NCBI GenBank assembly: GCA_013239625.1
Contig: MU054187.1
Location: 2,241,757 to 2,305,756 of the forward strand
Origin: Lama guanicoe
Lineage: Eukaryota
DNA length: 64,000 nucleotides
Direction of reading: 5' to 3'
The notes beneath the pieces were generated by a model, which worked only from the letters and a program-made list of their open reading frames with translations, was not told where the DNA came from and did no database searches. Positions 51,009-63,755 of this stretch are shown in pieces (the stretch's first letter is position 1; each line of letters begins with the position of its first letter). A program made the translations under genes and the position numbers.

Positions 51009-51552
51009 GAAACCCATGGAGTCCTTTGCAGACAACCCTTCTAAACTTTAGGTGGCTTTGAGACAGCCAGGTTCAATAGCTGAATGATTCATCCATTGAT
51101 TTGTTCAGCTAGTATCTAGCCAGCATCTACTTTGTGCAAGACGTTGCGCTAAGCCTAGGAAACAGTAAAACAGACACATGCAGACCCAGCATGCGGGAAG
51201 TAAAGCTGAAGTCAAACACTTTCAAAGTCTTGGCAGTCACAAACAGCAGCTCAGTGGAAAGAGGTCTGCTCATAATCGGGAAATCAGGGACTGCGACGTA
51301 CTAGTGCTTTGTAACTACAGTTTTAAAAATGTCCCGACCAAGGACTGGAAATGCCCACCCAAGACAAGTAGGCGGACAGGGCCTGAGGAATGACAAGGCA
51401 CATCTTTCCCTCGCTTCACCCCACATCCCACCAGAATGTCATGCAGGGATGAAGCCTGGGGCTCGAAGATGGAAAAACCTATTGCAAAGTATTGCAGCCA
51501 AGTCTGCACCTTGTGGGCCTCCATCCTCAGCCTCTGCTAGATTACTTGTCCT

Positions 51553-52000
51553 GTGTTTTAATAGACTTTGTTGTTTCTTGGAAAGAGAAGACCCACAGAT
51601 CAGGAGACAACTGCCATTGAAAGGACAGTTCACACCACTCACAGATTGCAGGAGAGGGAGCAGGCGCCCGCCACAGGGCCACGGGGGCAATTTCCAGGCT
51701 CAGACATGAGGCAGAGGGAGAAACTGTGTGCAAGAGCCCTTCTCTGGTTCCCAGAGAAGTGGGGGAGGCAGGCTTAGGGCTGGCTAGTCTGAATAATTTC
51801 AGCAGCTCTGGGGCGTGGCGGTGGGTGGTCCTTGCTGTCTGGTGTCTGGCTCTGGGGTAATTAGGGCAGGTGAACAGCAGCCCGGGATGTGAGGGCCTGA
51901 TAAGGGAGACAGTTGAGGATGCAGATTCTGGACTAGTTGGTTTGTATTTGAAAAAACGTGCCCCTGGGAGCAGGACTCCCCCCAAGATCAGGGAGAGGGG
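51553..52000 (-). mobile_element. ERVL LTR, MER54-like
   Basis: agactttgttgtttcttggaaagagaagacccacagatcaggagacaactgccattgaaagg...ggctagtctgaataatttcagcagctctggggcgt...ttggtttgtatttgaaa. Confidence 0.75.
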
Positions 52001-52725
52001 CCATAAGGGAGGCAAGAGACCAAGGCGAGGCGACCGGCGTATGAGTGGGTGGCCCGGGACCAGAGGCGTCTGGAACACCACTGGGTGGTGTCTGGATTAC
52101 GCACAAGGGCAGATGGGAAAGCATCACGGTTATAGGCGCTAGGAACATGGCCCAGACACCTGCCTCCCAATTCAGGGAACCACGATACTCACTCCTGAAA
52201 GGGCTCCAAAAATTTTAACTGCAACACGAATTTAGAATATGATTATTTTAAGAAGAACACGTACCCAGTTGGCCTGAGAGAAACTAGTCACGTGCCCACA
52301 TGCCCTTCTGAAAGGCGGTGTGACGCCCAGAGGGGAGCAGCCCGCACGCCCTCCGTCGGTTATCTGTTGTCTGGTCTCCTCTGTGCGCTTCCGCCAGGGA
52401 AAGCCCTATGGAAAGAAACAGTGTTCGATCGCCTGGAGGGCTAACATCTAAATTACTTTTTGAAATACGAAGCCCGAAAGTAGTGACAGCTTATGTGATT
52501 GATTACTCGGCCTCTGTTTTTAATTCTTACTTGGTTTGGGGAAGGTCGTGAGCAGCATCCGAGCTCCAGTTCCTTCCAGACTCTTAGGGTTTCTTGCCGG
52601 GTTTTGGTCACACTGACTCGGGCGCCCTGCCCGGAACGCATCCGCCTTTTCCTCTGACTCGTCCTTTGGGTGAAAGTGCTGCTGAGCCGCGTAAGCACGC
52701 GGGGCGGGGTAGGGCGGGGGAAGGG

Positions 52726-52803
52726 NNNNNNNNNNNNNNNNNNNNNNNNNNNNNNNNNNNNNNNNNNNNNNNNNNNNNNNNNNNNNNNNNNNNNNNNNNN
52801 NNN
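52726..52803. other. Assembly gap
   Basis: Run of N flanked by G-runs. Confidence 1.
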
Positions 52804-54554
52804 GGGGCGGGGCTGGGAGGCGGTGGGGCGGGGAAGGGAGAGCAAGTGGAAAGAACGCTTGTGTGGCCTCTTAAAACCACAGACAAGACACTTTCATTAA
52901 AAATAAAACCATAAATAGGCTTATGTAGTTTTCAACTGTTTGTGTAAGTCTGGTAGTCCTGCAAGTCCCTCCTGCCTTCATCAGCATGGCTAGAAGTCCT
53001 CACACACTGCATCCTGCGGCCTCCTTTCTGGGGGAGCCCTGGACCAGCCTGAGAGGACAGCTCGGGTCTCGGCGGCCGCAGGGAGCCTGCGCGTCGGCGA
53101 GGCCTGGGCTCCTCAAGGTGCGGACAGCCATGGTCATTTCATTTTCGTAGGCTCACACACTCACACATCACTTTGTCAAGGGTGTAAGCCAATATAACAC
53201 CAGCTTTCTTTTCATAATCACATAGCACTCAACAAGTCTGACGTCATTTGCTGACCTGCAGCAGTGAGCTTTCCAAGGGCAGGGATGGGGGCCTCTATTT
53301 CTGTACCCCCAGATACAGCAGACAGCAGGAACCCCACAAACACGTGGTGAATGGATAAAGGAATTTCTGACAGTGCCTCAGGCTCATCGTTGCAAACATA
53401 GCTTAGAGATCACTGCACGGACCTGTTGGTGGCAACTCAGGGATTCCACAGGAATCAGGTTTCACTGTATCAATTTAAATATTTCATACATTTATGAATG
53501 TTTTATTAAAATGCCCAGGTTTGATGAGACAGATATGCAGAAACTAAAGTGTGGCCTATTTTAAAGATACTGTTCTCTTCTAGTCTGACACTAATCAGAA
53601 AGCTTTTATGAGCATTCTTATTACCCTGAAGCTTCTTTTGAACATATTTTTAGTGACAGTCTCATTTCTGCATCAACCGATTCAACCTCTTCCTGACTTT
53701 GTCATTAAAACTAATTTTGATTCTCCCTTTCTTTCTCTACAGACAGAATATATACTTAAAACTTACAGCGGTGTCATCATTAAGCTGGGTTTATTTTGAG
53801 TCGATGAGATCCGACCAGGCTAGCCCCTCTCCAGCATCAAAGTAAGTGCAGATCATATATTATGTCTTCTAGCCCTATACTGAAGAGAGAGGGGAAAAAA
53901 CATTTATGCATCAGACCTGCCTTTATCTGTTCACTGCCTTTTATTGTTATTCATTAGAAAGCTAGGGTTTGATGCAAATTAAAACAGAAATTCCAAAGGT
54001 TAGCTCTCTTGTTCCCTGCTCATAGAAACAGGAAGGATGGGATTCTAGACTCAAGGCAAACTTTACAGCCCTTTCTAATCAGCCAGACACTATATAACAA
54101 AACCTAACCCTTGGAGGCTTGAGGTGATAATGATGAAAGAGCCTTTAGAAACAGATAAAACTTTATGCCAATGTGAATCCCAGGGAAACCTGATTCTCCT
54201 GGGCTGTTCTTTGAGGGCTTCTTTTGGTGGTTTAACATGTCTGCCCTCCAGCCCTAAACACTGCCCCAGAGAGTTCCACCCTAACCCCAGCCTAAGCGGG
54301 ACACCCCCTTACTTAACCCTCTGCCTTGTTTGGGTCCCTCTCTGAGATTTCACATGTTCACCAGTCAGTAGCTGGCGCCCGACTCCCTGCCCGCAGGGTC
54401 ACCGGATCCCCGGCTCCTGGCAGGATGCCTGCAGCTCTGAAGGCGCCCCGTAAACGCCGGCCGGGGGACGGGATGCACCCACCCGACAGCTGCGGTGAAG
54501 GGGTTTGCGTCTCAAGACGCCCTGGGCTTATTGATCTTTCAGCGCGTCTTTTCC

Positions 54555-55040
54555 GAGTGTCTAACCCCTAAGAATGATTCTAGGCGCTAAAGATACACTA
54601 GGAAACAAAACAGAAAACCAATGCCCCTTCTCTCACAGAACTTGTATTTCGGTGCAGAGAGACAGGCCGTAAGGTAGCACAATGAGTAAACAAATTATGT
54701 CAGGAGGTGAGTGCCCCGGAGAAGCAGCAAGCAGAAGCGGGGGCCGGGGGCCGAGGCGGAGCTGAGCGCCCGGCTCAGGCGCCGTGAGCTTGCTTTACGG
54801 CTGGCCTTCAGCTTACCAGAGAATCTTCAGACTTACCTCCTTTGAATCTCACGTGACTCCATGCGCCGTCACCACGTGTAGAAGGACAGTACTGGGTGTC
54901 GGGAGCCTCTGGCACATGCTTCCTTTGACCTGAGCCACGTATGTGAATCTGGTGGAAAAAAATCCTTCTGGGCCTCAGTTTCGCCATCTGCAAAGTGAGA
55001 AGATCAAACTAAACTCTGAGACCCTTTCAGCCCTGGAAGT
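54555..55040. mobile_element. L2 (antisense 3' end) and MIR fragments
   Basis: ttctaggcgctaaagatacactaggaaacaaaacag (L2) and ctgggcctcagtttcgccatctgcaaagtgag (MIR core). Confidence 0.65.
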
Positions 55041-55581
55041 GTTTTAATGACAATGTGGAACTTGACTTGAGTCTTGTGATCCTGGGAAACAAAGTCAAGA
55101 AACACCCCTTTCGTGCTGGGGGAATGGCTTACCTCCAGCCCCTCCCCAGGTGGCCTGGGTCAGAGTCACGGATGCTCAGCTTGATTTCCTACAACACTGC
55201 CACTCACAGACCTTCCAGAGTCCCGTCTGCCTCATAAGTGCTTAGTGGGACGCTGGTCCTCCCTGATCCGTCAGGACAGAAGGCTTGTTAACCGAACCGT
55301 GGCGCAGACCCTGTCCTCCGGAACTCCGGCTCAGCCCCAGCCTGAGCAGCAAACAGAGCCTGTGAGAACAGGCTGAGCTCCGGGAAGACCTTCTCCAGCC
55401 TCCCGCCCCACACAGCTAGCCTGGAGCCCACCTCCCCCCGGTGGGCTCTTCCTAGCCATGGTTACTCCTCCCTATAGAAGAGAAAACCCCTCTCTGCCGA
55501 ACCCTTGAGACACTTGTAGACGCATGCTCAGAGTATTCACCCTTCAGCACGAGCCCCCCTCCCCCAACAACAGCCCCTCCC

Positions 55582-55616
55582 NNNNNNNNNNNNNNNNNNN
55601 NNNNNNNNNNNNNNNN
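55582..55616. other. Assembly gap
   Basis: Run of N flanked by C-runs. Confidence 1.
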
Positions 55617-57479
55617 ACCCTCCCCTCATTGCAAAGATCCCCCGCCCCCATTGCAATAGTGCCCTTTCCCCCCAGAGCAGAGAGGAACTACTGCCCCTTC
55701 TGCTACCAACATCAAAGGGGCCATTCATATTGCAAGACACAGAGCAACGATCCCAAAATCCTCCTCACCAGATTCTCTCCCAAAATTTCACATTCCAGGT
55801 CCGTCCTCCGCCCAGCAAACATTCAGTTCTCTGAAGTCTGCTGTGTTCTTGTGAGAACGGATACCCGCCCTTTGTAGTCAGTCACTGTTCTACCTGAGCC
55901 TCTCCACCTGCATCTCCACCCCTTCCTCATCAGCTGGACTTGGACTTGGTTCTGGAAAGGGTCCTGGGAGCAAAACTGCAAAACCCTGAATCTTCCAAGA
56001 AGGGGGAGGGGGAGCCATGAGTGCTGTGTGCCATGCACAAGCGGCCATACAAATTCAACTGCACACGTGGGTGGAGGAGCGTTGAAACAGTGCCAGAGAA
56101 GGGCTGCCTGTCCACCAGCGAGCACAGACCCCCACGCACCCTCCCACAGCCTCAGCTCCTCGGCTGTGTTTCTGCTGCTTGAAGGCACTTCACTTTGTCA
56201 ACATCCTCTATGAACAAGAGACGATTCCATCAGATGATCAGCTGAAAACAAAGGATAGAAGAACCCACAGGACTGGACCCCTGAGAGACAGCAGCAGTCC
56301 CCAGCACGGCCCTTCCTCAGGGACTTTCAAGGGCAATCTTGTCGACATGAGACTCTGCAAACTTTATGTGCAGCTTTTAGACCCTGACCCCCAAGGGAGA
56401 GGACATGACGTCTCTGTAACTGAAATTTCTGTCTGTCTCTCACTACAAGACACAAAAATAGCCAGATGGGTTTTTGGATTTGGGGGCCGTTTTTAAACTA
56501 AAGTTGGAAGGTTTCTTTGTGTCAAAGTGGGCGTAACAAAGGCATCTGAGAGAGGTCACTCCCCTCCAAAGCGTCAGAAGGCAGCACAGTTAGGAGGAAC
56601 ATGGCATTTGTACTAAAAAGCTGCAGCGAAACACAAGCCACAGTGGCTTTCAAGACAAAGCTCAAGTCACAAGTCTCAAGAGCTGAGGATCTGAATTGCG
56701 GGTGTCAGTTTGCTGCCGGGCAGCTTTCACCCTAGTGACCACGCAGCGACGTGCTCGGCTGCCTGGAGCAGACAACCATGGTTCTCCAGCAGCCCAGCCA
56801 GGCCAGCGGCATGGCAGCGCCCCGCCGGGATCACACGGGTACTGCTGAAAAACTGCAAATGCGCATTTGCACTGACTCTCACAGCTCGTCAGCAGCACAA
56901 GCCCCATTAAACTCCATGCGGCAGAAATCTTTGTCTTTTTGTTTCAACACTGTATCCCCAGAGCTTAGAACAGAAACCACTGCAAGAGCAGACACTTCAT
57001 AAGTGTGTAGAGTGAACCCTTACACAGTCCTCCGACATGGTGTCCCTGCTTTAAAGTGAGGGACGTGGAGGTCTGGGACTTGATGCCACTGGTCCACGGG
57101 AACTGTCACAGAAAGGGACAAGTTTGGAGGGCACTGTTGTGTCACTTTGGGTCATGTGGAATTCAAGGTACTTTGGACACTTCCAGGTAGAGATATCAGC
57201 CACCTGCCCTGTATCCAGAAGGGCTTTTTCTCTCCCACCAATTCCTAAAATACCTTTTTATACCACTTCCCCACTTCAGGAAATTAACACATACTGCCTG
57301 GTGTTACGATGGTCTGTGTGTGTGTCTTAGTCTTCTAACTGGTTTGTAAACCTGGTGAGGGGATTAATAGCACGAATCCCTTTTGGTTACCCCTATAGGA
57401 CCTACCTAACATAAAGGCTATGACAGGTAGCAGGTGCTTAATCCAGGCAGCTTTCCCGAGCTTTCTCTCCAGCAACGAC

Positions 57480-57872
57480 TGTCTGTGTGCTCACCAACTC
57501 ATTTCTTTTCTTTCTGGACACACAGAAAATATACCTCCTAATCTCCTTTGAAGTTATATGTGGTCTTGCGCCCAAGTTCTGGATAGAATGTGGGCAGAAG
57601 AGACACTCAGGTCTCCAGCTGGACCATAAAAGTTCTGCTTAGTCCTCTACACTCTCCTTCCTTTGTCTTTCCCATCAAATTCAGGGAATTCAGGGGTGAC
57701 TTTCAAGGCCTGAGACGACAGAAGAAACTGAAGGAGCACAGCCTCACCCTCACTATATACACACCTGACCCTCCCTGGACTACGACATGAGTGAAAAATA
57801 AAGCTTGCTTTGTTAAGCCAGTGAGATTTGGGGGCTGTTTGTTACTGCAGCTAGCCTTTCCTGACGAATACA
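57480..57872 (+). mobile_element. MaLR LTR (MLT1I/J-like)
   Basis: Ends gtgaaaAATAAAgcttgctttgttaagccagtgagatttgggggctgtttgttactgcagc...aataca. Confidence 0.8.
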
Positions 57873-58174
57873 ATTAGCACACTAGTAAGTACAAGATCTG
57901 GGTGCTTATTTCATGATTCCTGGGAAGTGCCCTTTCCTATCAGTTATCACGACAGATCTGAATTTAAATGAAGACACCATTGATGGCAAATGTAATTGGA
58001 GCAGGAAGGACTTGAAGTTAGGAGCTGGGCTCCTTGGGTACACAGGCAGCCCTTCTTGTAACAGCCCTTTTCAACACATTAGATGGTAAAGCACTTGATA
58101 CGGGACTGTTCAGTGTCCCTCCTCATATCCAAGCTCTACCACAATGCAGTCAGTAGACATGTGTTGGATCAATT

Positions 58175-58470
58175 AACACACGCGTATATTGGAAAACAAG
58201 GCTTAAAATGGCAATAAACACATATCTATCAATAATTACCTTAAATGCCAGTGGACTAAATGCTCTCGTCAAAAGACCCAGAGTGGCAGACTGGACAATA
58301 CAAGAGCCTACAGTGCGGTGCTTACAAGAGACCACTTAGGGTGAAGTGAGGAGATGCAAAAAGATATTTCATGCAAATGGAAATGGCAAGAAAGTGGGGT
58401 AGCAATACTCATAGCAGACAAAATAGACTTTAAAACAAAGGCCATAAAGAAAGATAAACACAGACACATG
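58175..58470 (+). mobile_element. L1 ORF2 endonuclease-domain fragment
   Basis: From ATG 58208: MAINTYLSIITLNASGLNALVKRPRVADWTIQEPTVRCLQET, then frameshifted KIFHANG and GVAILIADKIDFKTKAIKKDK. Confidence 0.92.
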
Positions 58471-58649
58471 TTTATTGGGTTCCAATTCCAACCTATTGTT
58501 TGGAACAATTTGAAATGTAAGCATTTGGGGGGAAATACGTCTTCTTCCAAGCAGCAGCCACATGCACACTGAGGGAAGCAAAGCTTCGTGCACCTGACGG
58601 AAATCAGCCTTTTAATTTTCCAGAAGTCTTTCATCCCCTGAGCCAGCAG

Positions 58650-59280
58650 GGGAGCCGGCCCCCCCCGCCCCCCNNNNNNNNNNNNNNNNNNNNNNNNNNN
58701 NNNNNNNNNNNNNNNNNNNNNNNNNNNNNNNNNNNNNNNNNNNNNNNNNNNNNNNNNNNNNNNNNNNNNNNNNNTCGTCGCCACGCGACAGCTCTGCGGG
58801 GACGCGCGGCGGCCACGGCGCGGCTGGGCAGGCGGGGCCCCGGGCGGAGCCCCCCTGACGCCCCGGCGGCGCCCCGAGCGCGGCCTCCGCCCGCCGTCAC
58901 GCCTTCACCCGGGAAGGGGTCCAGGCCACGCTGGCGGGGTCAGGAAATGCCACCATCTCCTCCAGCAAAGGCGGCACCCAGTTGCCTGCCCCCCTCCCCC
59001 GCTCCGCCCTCCGTCTTCACGCCTCCTCCCGGCGACCGGCCGCTAGGCGGCCCTCCGGGCGGGCGGTTCTCTTCCTTCTGGGGTGGCTTCTTGGCTTCCC
59101 TGCCACACTCCCCGTTGGAACATACGGTCCCTGGGTGCAGGGACTCTGTCCCCTCCTCTCCCGCGTGTAGAACGGCGCCGAGCAGGCGGGCCGTGAGCGT
59201 AGTGCGAGTGGATGGGTGCACAGGTGAGGGGCTGGCCGCCAGCACTCTGCTGAGACGGCCTGGCTTCGGCGGCCCCCTCG
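58650..59280. other. CpG-rich island overlapping an L2 3' end, with assembly gap 58674-58774
   Basis: Dense CpG; 59105-59225 follows the L2 terminal consensus. Confidence 0.55.
58674..58774. other. Assembly gap
   Basis: Run of N after a C-run. Confidence 1.
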
Positions 59281-61238
59281 ATGTCACTCCATGATGCTTA
59301 GTCCACAACTGAAACAACTGTCTCAAGATCCGTGACTTTATCAGACACCTGGGACCCCCCCATCTCAGCACACTGCTGAGCTTTGAAACTGCCATCGCCA
59401 AAAGATGCTGACAATTCCGGGGAGAGGGGAAAACAGAAATGAACAGGCCTTCGCCATGCACGGCACGTGAGACGCTTTGCGGAAGTCCTCACACGATAAA
59501 CTGAGCAGCCCAGCTCATGTGGGTGAAGCCACAGGAGGGACTGTCACCCCGAATCCCCCAACACCGCCGTGTGGCCAGGACAGGCGCCCGACCCCTAGAC
59601 CAGGCGGGTGTTTTCAAGACTTTGGGACTGCTATTTTAATTCTGCCCACCCCCAGGAGAGAATTCTCATGAATGACAAAGGATTCTCTATCACAAGATTT
59701 TAAAATAAAGTTCCCATGTGACGTTTTAAGACAGACAGCAGAAATTAAAGTATCGAATAGTTCCAGGGGAAGCAGCCGTTCCGTTAAGCTCCCTGTTCTT
59801 TTGTTGCTGTTTTTAGCAGCACATTGAGTCTAGATGTTTCATGGTAAGTTTTTAAATGCTGTGCAGAACGCCAGTCCTTGCAGGAACGTGTGTGCCTCTC
59901 AGGAGGGCCTGTCTGTGCTCTGGGAACATTCCCAGTTCCCAGTTCCGTCAAAACCTCAGCCTTGACCAAATGGGATCCTGGCATCCTCGCCTATCAGGCC
60001 CCAGACAGGTTGGGGGAGGCAGAGAAGAGGTGGTCGTGAGCAAGAAGGTTCACCCCAGGTGTGCGAAGCACTCCCAAGTCCCTCAGAAATTCTGCTGGCA
60101 CCTGAAGGCAGAACTAGGGTCTATCAAACGTCCACACCTCTGGCTCAATACTTCTTCATCTGGGATCCTGGACTTACATAAGCCTACGTAAGTGTGGAAG
60201 ATGTACCTTAAGTATTAATTAGAACAGAAAAAAAAATAGAGACAACCTGAACATCAGTCGTCATGGAAACAGGTAAGTAAGTGACGGTGTGCCCGCGCCA
60301 TGCCCTGCCACGCAGCCACCGCTGTCCACAGTGTTAGGGTTTTCTTTTAATCCTATGACTGTTGTGGGAGAAGATTTCTGGTGTGGGTGTTATGTGTCTG
60401 GAGAGACCCAGACCAGTTTATCGTGATTTCCTCCAGGGAGTGAAAGGTTGGGGTGAAATCAAAATGGAGAACTTTCATTTTTCACTTTAAATGTTCCTGT
60501 GTCTGAATTTGTTACATAGGCATGTATCATGTAAAATCAAATTAAAATAAAAATGTAAAACTGTGCAGGTGGTAAGAGTTAAAAAAAACACCTAAATGGA
60601 GACAGAAGGAAAGAGATGTAGGCAGAAGCTGACTACTTTACAGCTATTCCTGAGATAAACCTCCTGATGCTGGCCGTTCAGGGGCTGACTGTCATGACAA
60701 GGACACAAATAAAACTGTTCTCTTAGGATTAAAAGAAAAAGCAACTGGTTTCAACTCACCTGGGGTACAACGACTTAATATACTCAGTGGAAGCCTTCTC
60801 CAGTGTCAGATTGACCCATTCTGTGTTAATTTGTTAAAAACGTAGAAGCCGTATGGAGCCTTTTATCAGCAGACATTCTGCCTACCCTGGATTCAAGAAC
60901 AGCGGAACTCTGCCCCCACCATGCCCGGCGTCCTCCTCGGAGACTCAGCTCTCACGCCCGCTCCACAGACAGACCCGGAAGACAGCGCCCGGCTTCACCT
61001 GGACGCTTCTCTTTTTAGACATGGACACAGTCTTAACAAGGCTTTAGATAACACATAAAGATACACACTGAAAAGCACCTGTAAAACTCCCAGCAGATGC
61101 AGGTAAGCACTTTTGCATGCGACACAAACCCTGCTGTGTGTTTCCCACGTGCGTGTACGCGCATACGGGCACGTAGGGATAATATACACACGTAACTGAC
61201 TTTTACAAAACTTAATGCTATTTGTTAGCATGTCTTCT

Positions 61239-61388
61239 TCTTTTTTTTAATTTTATTTATTCATTTTTTTGGCGGGGGTGGTAATTAGGTTTATTATTTA
61301 TTTACTTTTAGAGGAGGAACTGGGGATTGAACCCAGGACCTTGTGCGTGCTAAGCGTGCGCTCTGCCACTTGAGCTGTACCTTCCCCC
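61239..61388 (-). mobile_element. tRNA-Ala-derived camelid SINE (vic-1 type), full length, inside an old antisense L1ME
   Basis: Antisense A/B boxes, ggtaattaggttt tail motif, poly-T; TSD gcatgtcttct (61228-61238) / gcaggtcttct (61390-61400). Confidence 0.92.
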
Positions 61389-62249
61389 GGCAGGTCTTCT
61401 TTTAAGTAAAGCTGTGTCTCAGACATCTTTCATCTTTACTGGCCTGTAAATGTAATTTGCACCATCACTTTTAATACCCACATAGCATTTGCTTATATAG
61501 ATCAATTGTAATTTATTTAACCAATCCTCTATTGATTTACCTTTGGGATATTTCCTATTATCTCTGTGACCTGTTGATTTTAAAATCCCACTAAACATTG
61601 TCATCATCTGTGTGGTCTCAGATTAGTACAAAGGTCATAGCCACCACCTCCTCTGTGTCCTCTGGACCGTGGTGGATTTGCTGCAGGGAGAATTAGAGAG
61701 TGACCAAGTTGATGGAATTTTAGAAATTCCAATTTATTATAAAAAGACTTGAATGAAGAAATCTAGGAGCTATCAAAGTAGGGCACAAAACAATTTCAGA
61801 TGCAGTAAGTTTTGCATATTTATTGTTATATTAGAACACCGCCATATTCTAAAGCACAATTTACAGAAAGGACTAAATCTGGCCAGCACTTCAAATACGG
61901 GGATGCATCCATCTTTGCCATTTTACTTCTTTTCCTCTCAAAAATGATGTTTCAACTTCATGACAATCCTAAAAAAACAATGATGTTTCAGGTCTTTGCC
62001 CATCTGGAAATGTTACTATTTCTTGAAGAGTACCTGACATCACCACATTACTGCTTGTCATTCTCAAGCAGAAGTATCTCACATGACTCTCCAGGTGCTA
62101 GCAGTCTTCATGTGAACTCTGCAGTGCTCGTGAGCACCAGACTTGCTATGGTGGTATCACGGGCTACCTGTTCCATTAACACCATCAGCAACTTAGCAGA
62201 AGCATCTTCACATCTTACTTCAGCTTAAAATGCCTGTCAGAGGCTGGGT

Positions 62250-62633
62250 GTCATACTGGTTTCTTAGCTGCTGTAACACAGTAGCTCAGGCTGCCTGGTT
62301 TAAACAGCAGTGTTTATCTTCCCGCTGTTCTGGAGGCTGGAAGCCAGAGGTCAGGGTGTGGGCAGGGCTGGTTCCTTCCCAGCCCTGTCTCTGTAACTTG
62401 AGGATGGACGCTTCTCCTGTGTCCTCGCATGGTCATCCCTCTGTGTGTGTCTCTGTCCTGACTCTTCTTATAAGGACACCAGTCACACTGGATCAGAGCC
62501 CACCCTGACAACCTCATCTTAACTTAATTACCTCTTTGAAGATCCTGTCTTCAAAAACGGTCACATTCTGAGGCACTGGTGGTAAGACTTCAGCATGAAT
62601 TTGGGGGGCGAGGGAACACAGTTCAGCCATCAT
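62250..62633 (-). mobile_element. MaLR LTR, MLT1B-like
   Basis: gttctggaggctggaagcc...cttcttataaggacaccagtca...ggtcacattctgagg...acacagttcagcc. Confidence 0.88.
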
Positions 62634-63279
62634 GAGATGTGGTATAATTCATGAGCAATGGGGTTGAAACTCAGAAGACGAGGGTTCTGGTCCTAGCTTA
62701 GACACGTAGTGATGAATTAGCTTGGACAAGTCCCTTAGCCTCCCAGGGACCTGGCTTCCCTGTGGGGTGCTGAGGAGAGCCCCAAACCTGTGCTCCAACA
62801 TGTGGAGGGGCCACCAGTGCACGCTGCAGAGGGGCCAGTAAGGGGCAGACACTTCACAAGGCACGTTCTAGGGCTTGCCCGCTGGTCACCTGGAGAATCT
62901 GGCTGGTCAGCACTTCGGGAGCAGCCCGTGTTGGGAGGGGAGAGATTAACGTATAGAAACAAGGAGAGGCCCTGGGGCACGTGGAGGTCCGTCCTTGCTG
63001 GGCACACCGGCCTTGAGGTCAAGCTCCAGGCAGAGTCAACGTGGCCAGGAGAAGGACGTCTGGGGTGTTAGAGTCAGAACAAGGGGACATCGCGGGAGCC
63101 TGCTGGAACGCTCGTCAGCTGCAACTGCCTGCTGCAGTCTTACTCGTTATGTGGATACTTCTGCAAAGGACATAAAGATTAAGTCCTCCAGCCAGAAAAC
63201 CCCAGTGAGCAGTGCCAGGACCTGGTGAGCAAATGCTGCAACTGATCCCCTTTCCTATCACAGGACGCTGGAGTCACCG

Positions 63280-63429
63280 AAAATTAAGTAAAATGTAGAA
63301 GTCCCTTCCTCAGCCACACTAAGCACATTCCGAGGGCCCAGTGGCCCCGTGTGGCCAGTGGCCACCAGGCTGAGCAGCGTCGATGCAGAACATTTCCATC
63401 ACTGCAGAGGGTCCTGTTGGGCAGAGCTG
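63280..63429. mobile_element. hAT-Charlie MITE, MER3/MER33-like terminal part
   Basis: ttcctcagccacactaagcacatt...gtggccagtggccacc...agaacatttccatcactgcagagggtcctgttgggcagagctg. Confidence 0.8.
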
Positions 63430-63569
63430 CCATCACCTACACAAAGAATTCAGCTGTCAGCTTCTACTTCCAACGTGCCATGTTCTATGCCGAGACTTTA
63501 GACATGACCGTTGAATACACAGTACTTACTGAGTGAGTAGAAACATGCCCACTTACTGCGCAGATAATA

Positions 63570-63755
63570 TTAATGTTAACGATCATAGTCCATGCTTCTG
63601 CAGCACCCTAGAAGCACCTCCTATATGTAACTCATTACAAGGACCCTATGACATTAGTGTTATTACTGTCCCAATTTTAGATAAGTGAACTGATGCACAG
63701 AGAGGTTAGTATCTCCCCCAAAGGTCACACAGCTATTAAGAAACAGAGCTGGTCT
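63570..63755 (-). mobile_element. MIR SINE
   Basis: cccaattttagataagtgaactgatgcacagagaggttagt...ccaaaggtcacacagcta. Confidence 0.8.

Noticed and set aside
61700..62230. Possible processed pseudogene (138-aa ORF at 61812)
   Set aside because: No protein similarity I could recognise in the frames examined, and no poly(A)/TSD; a tblastx search would settle it.
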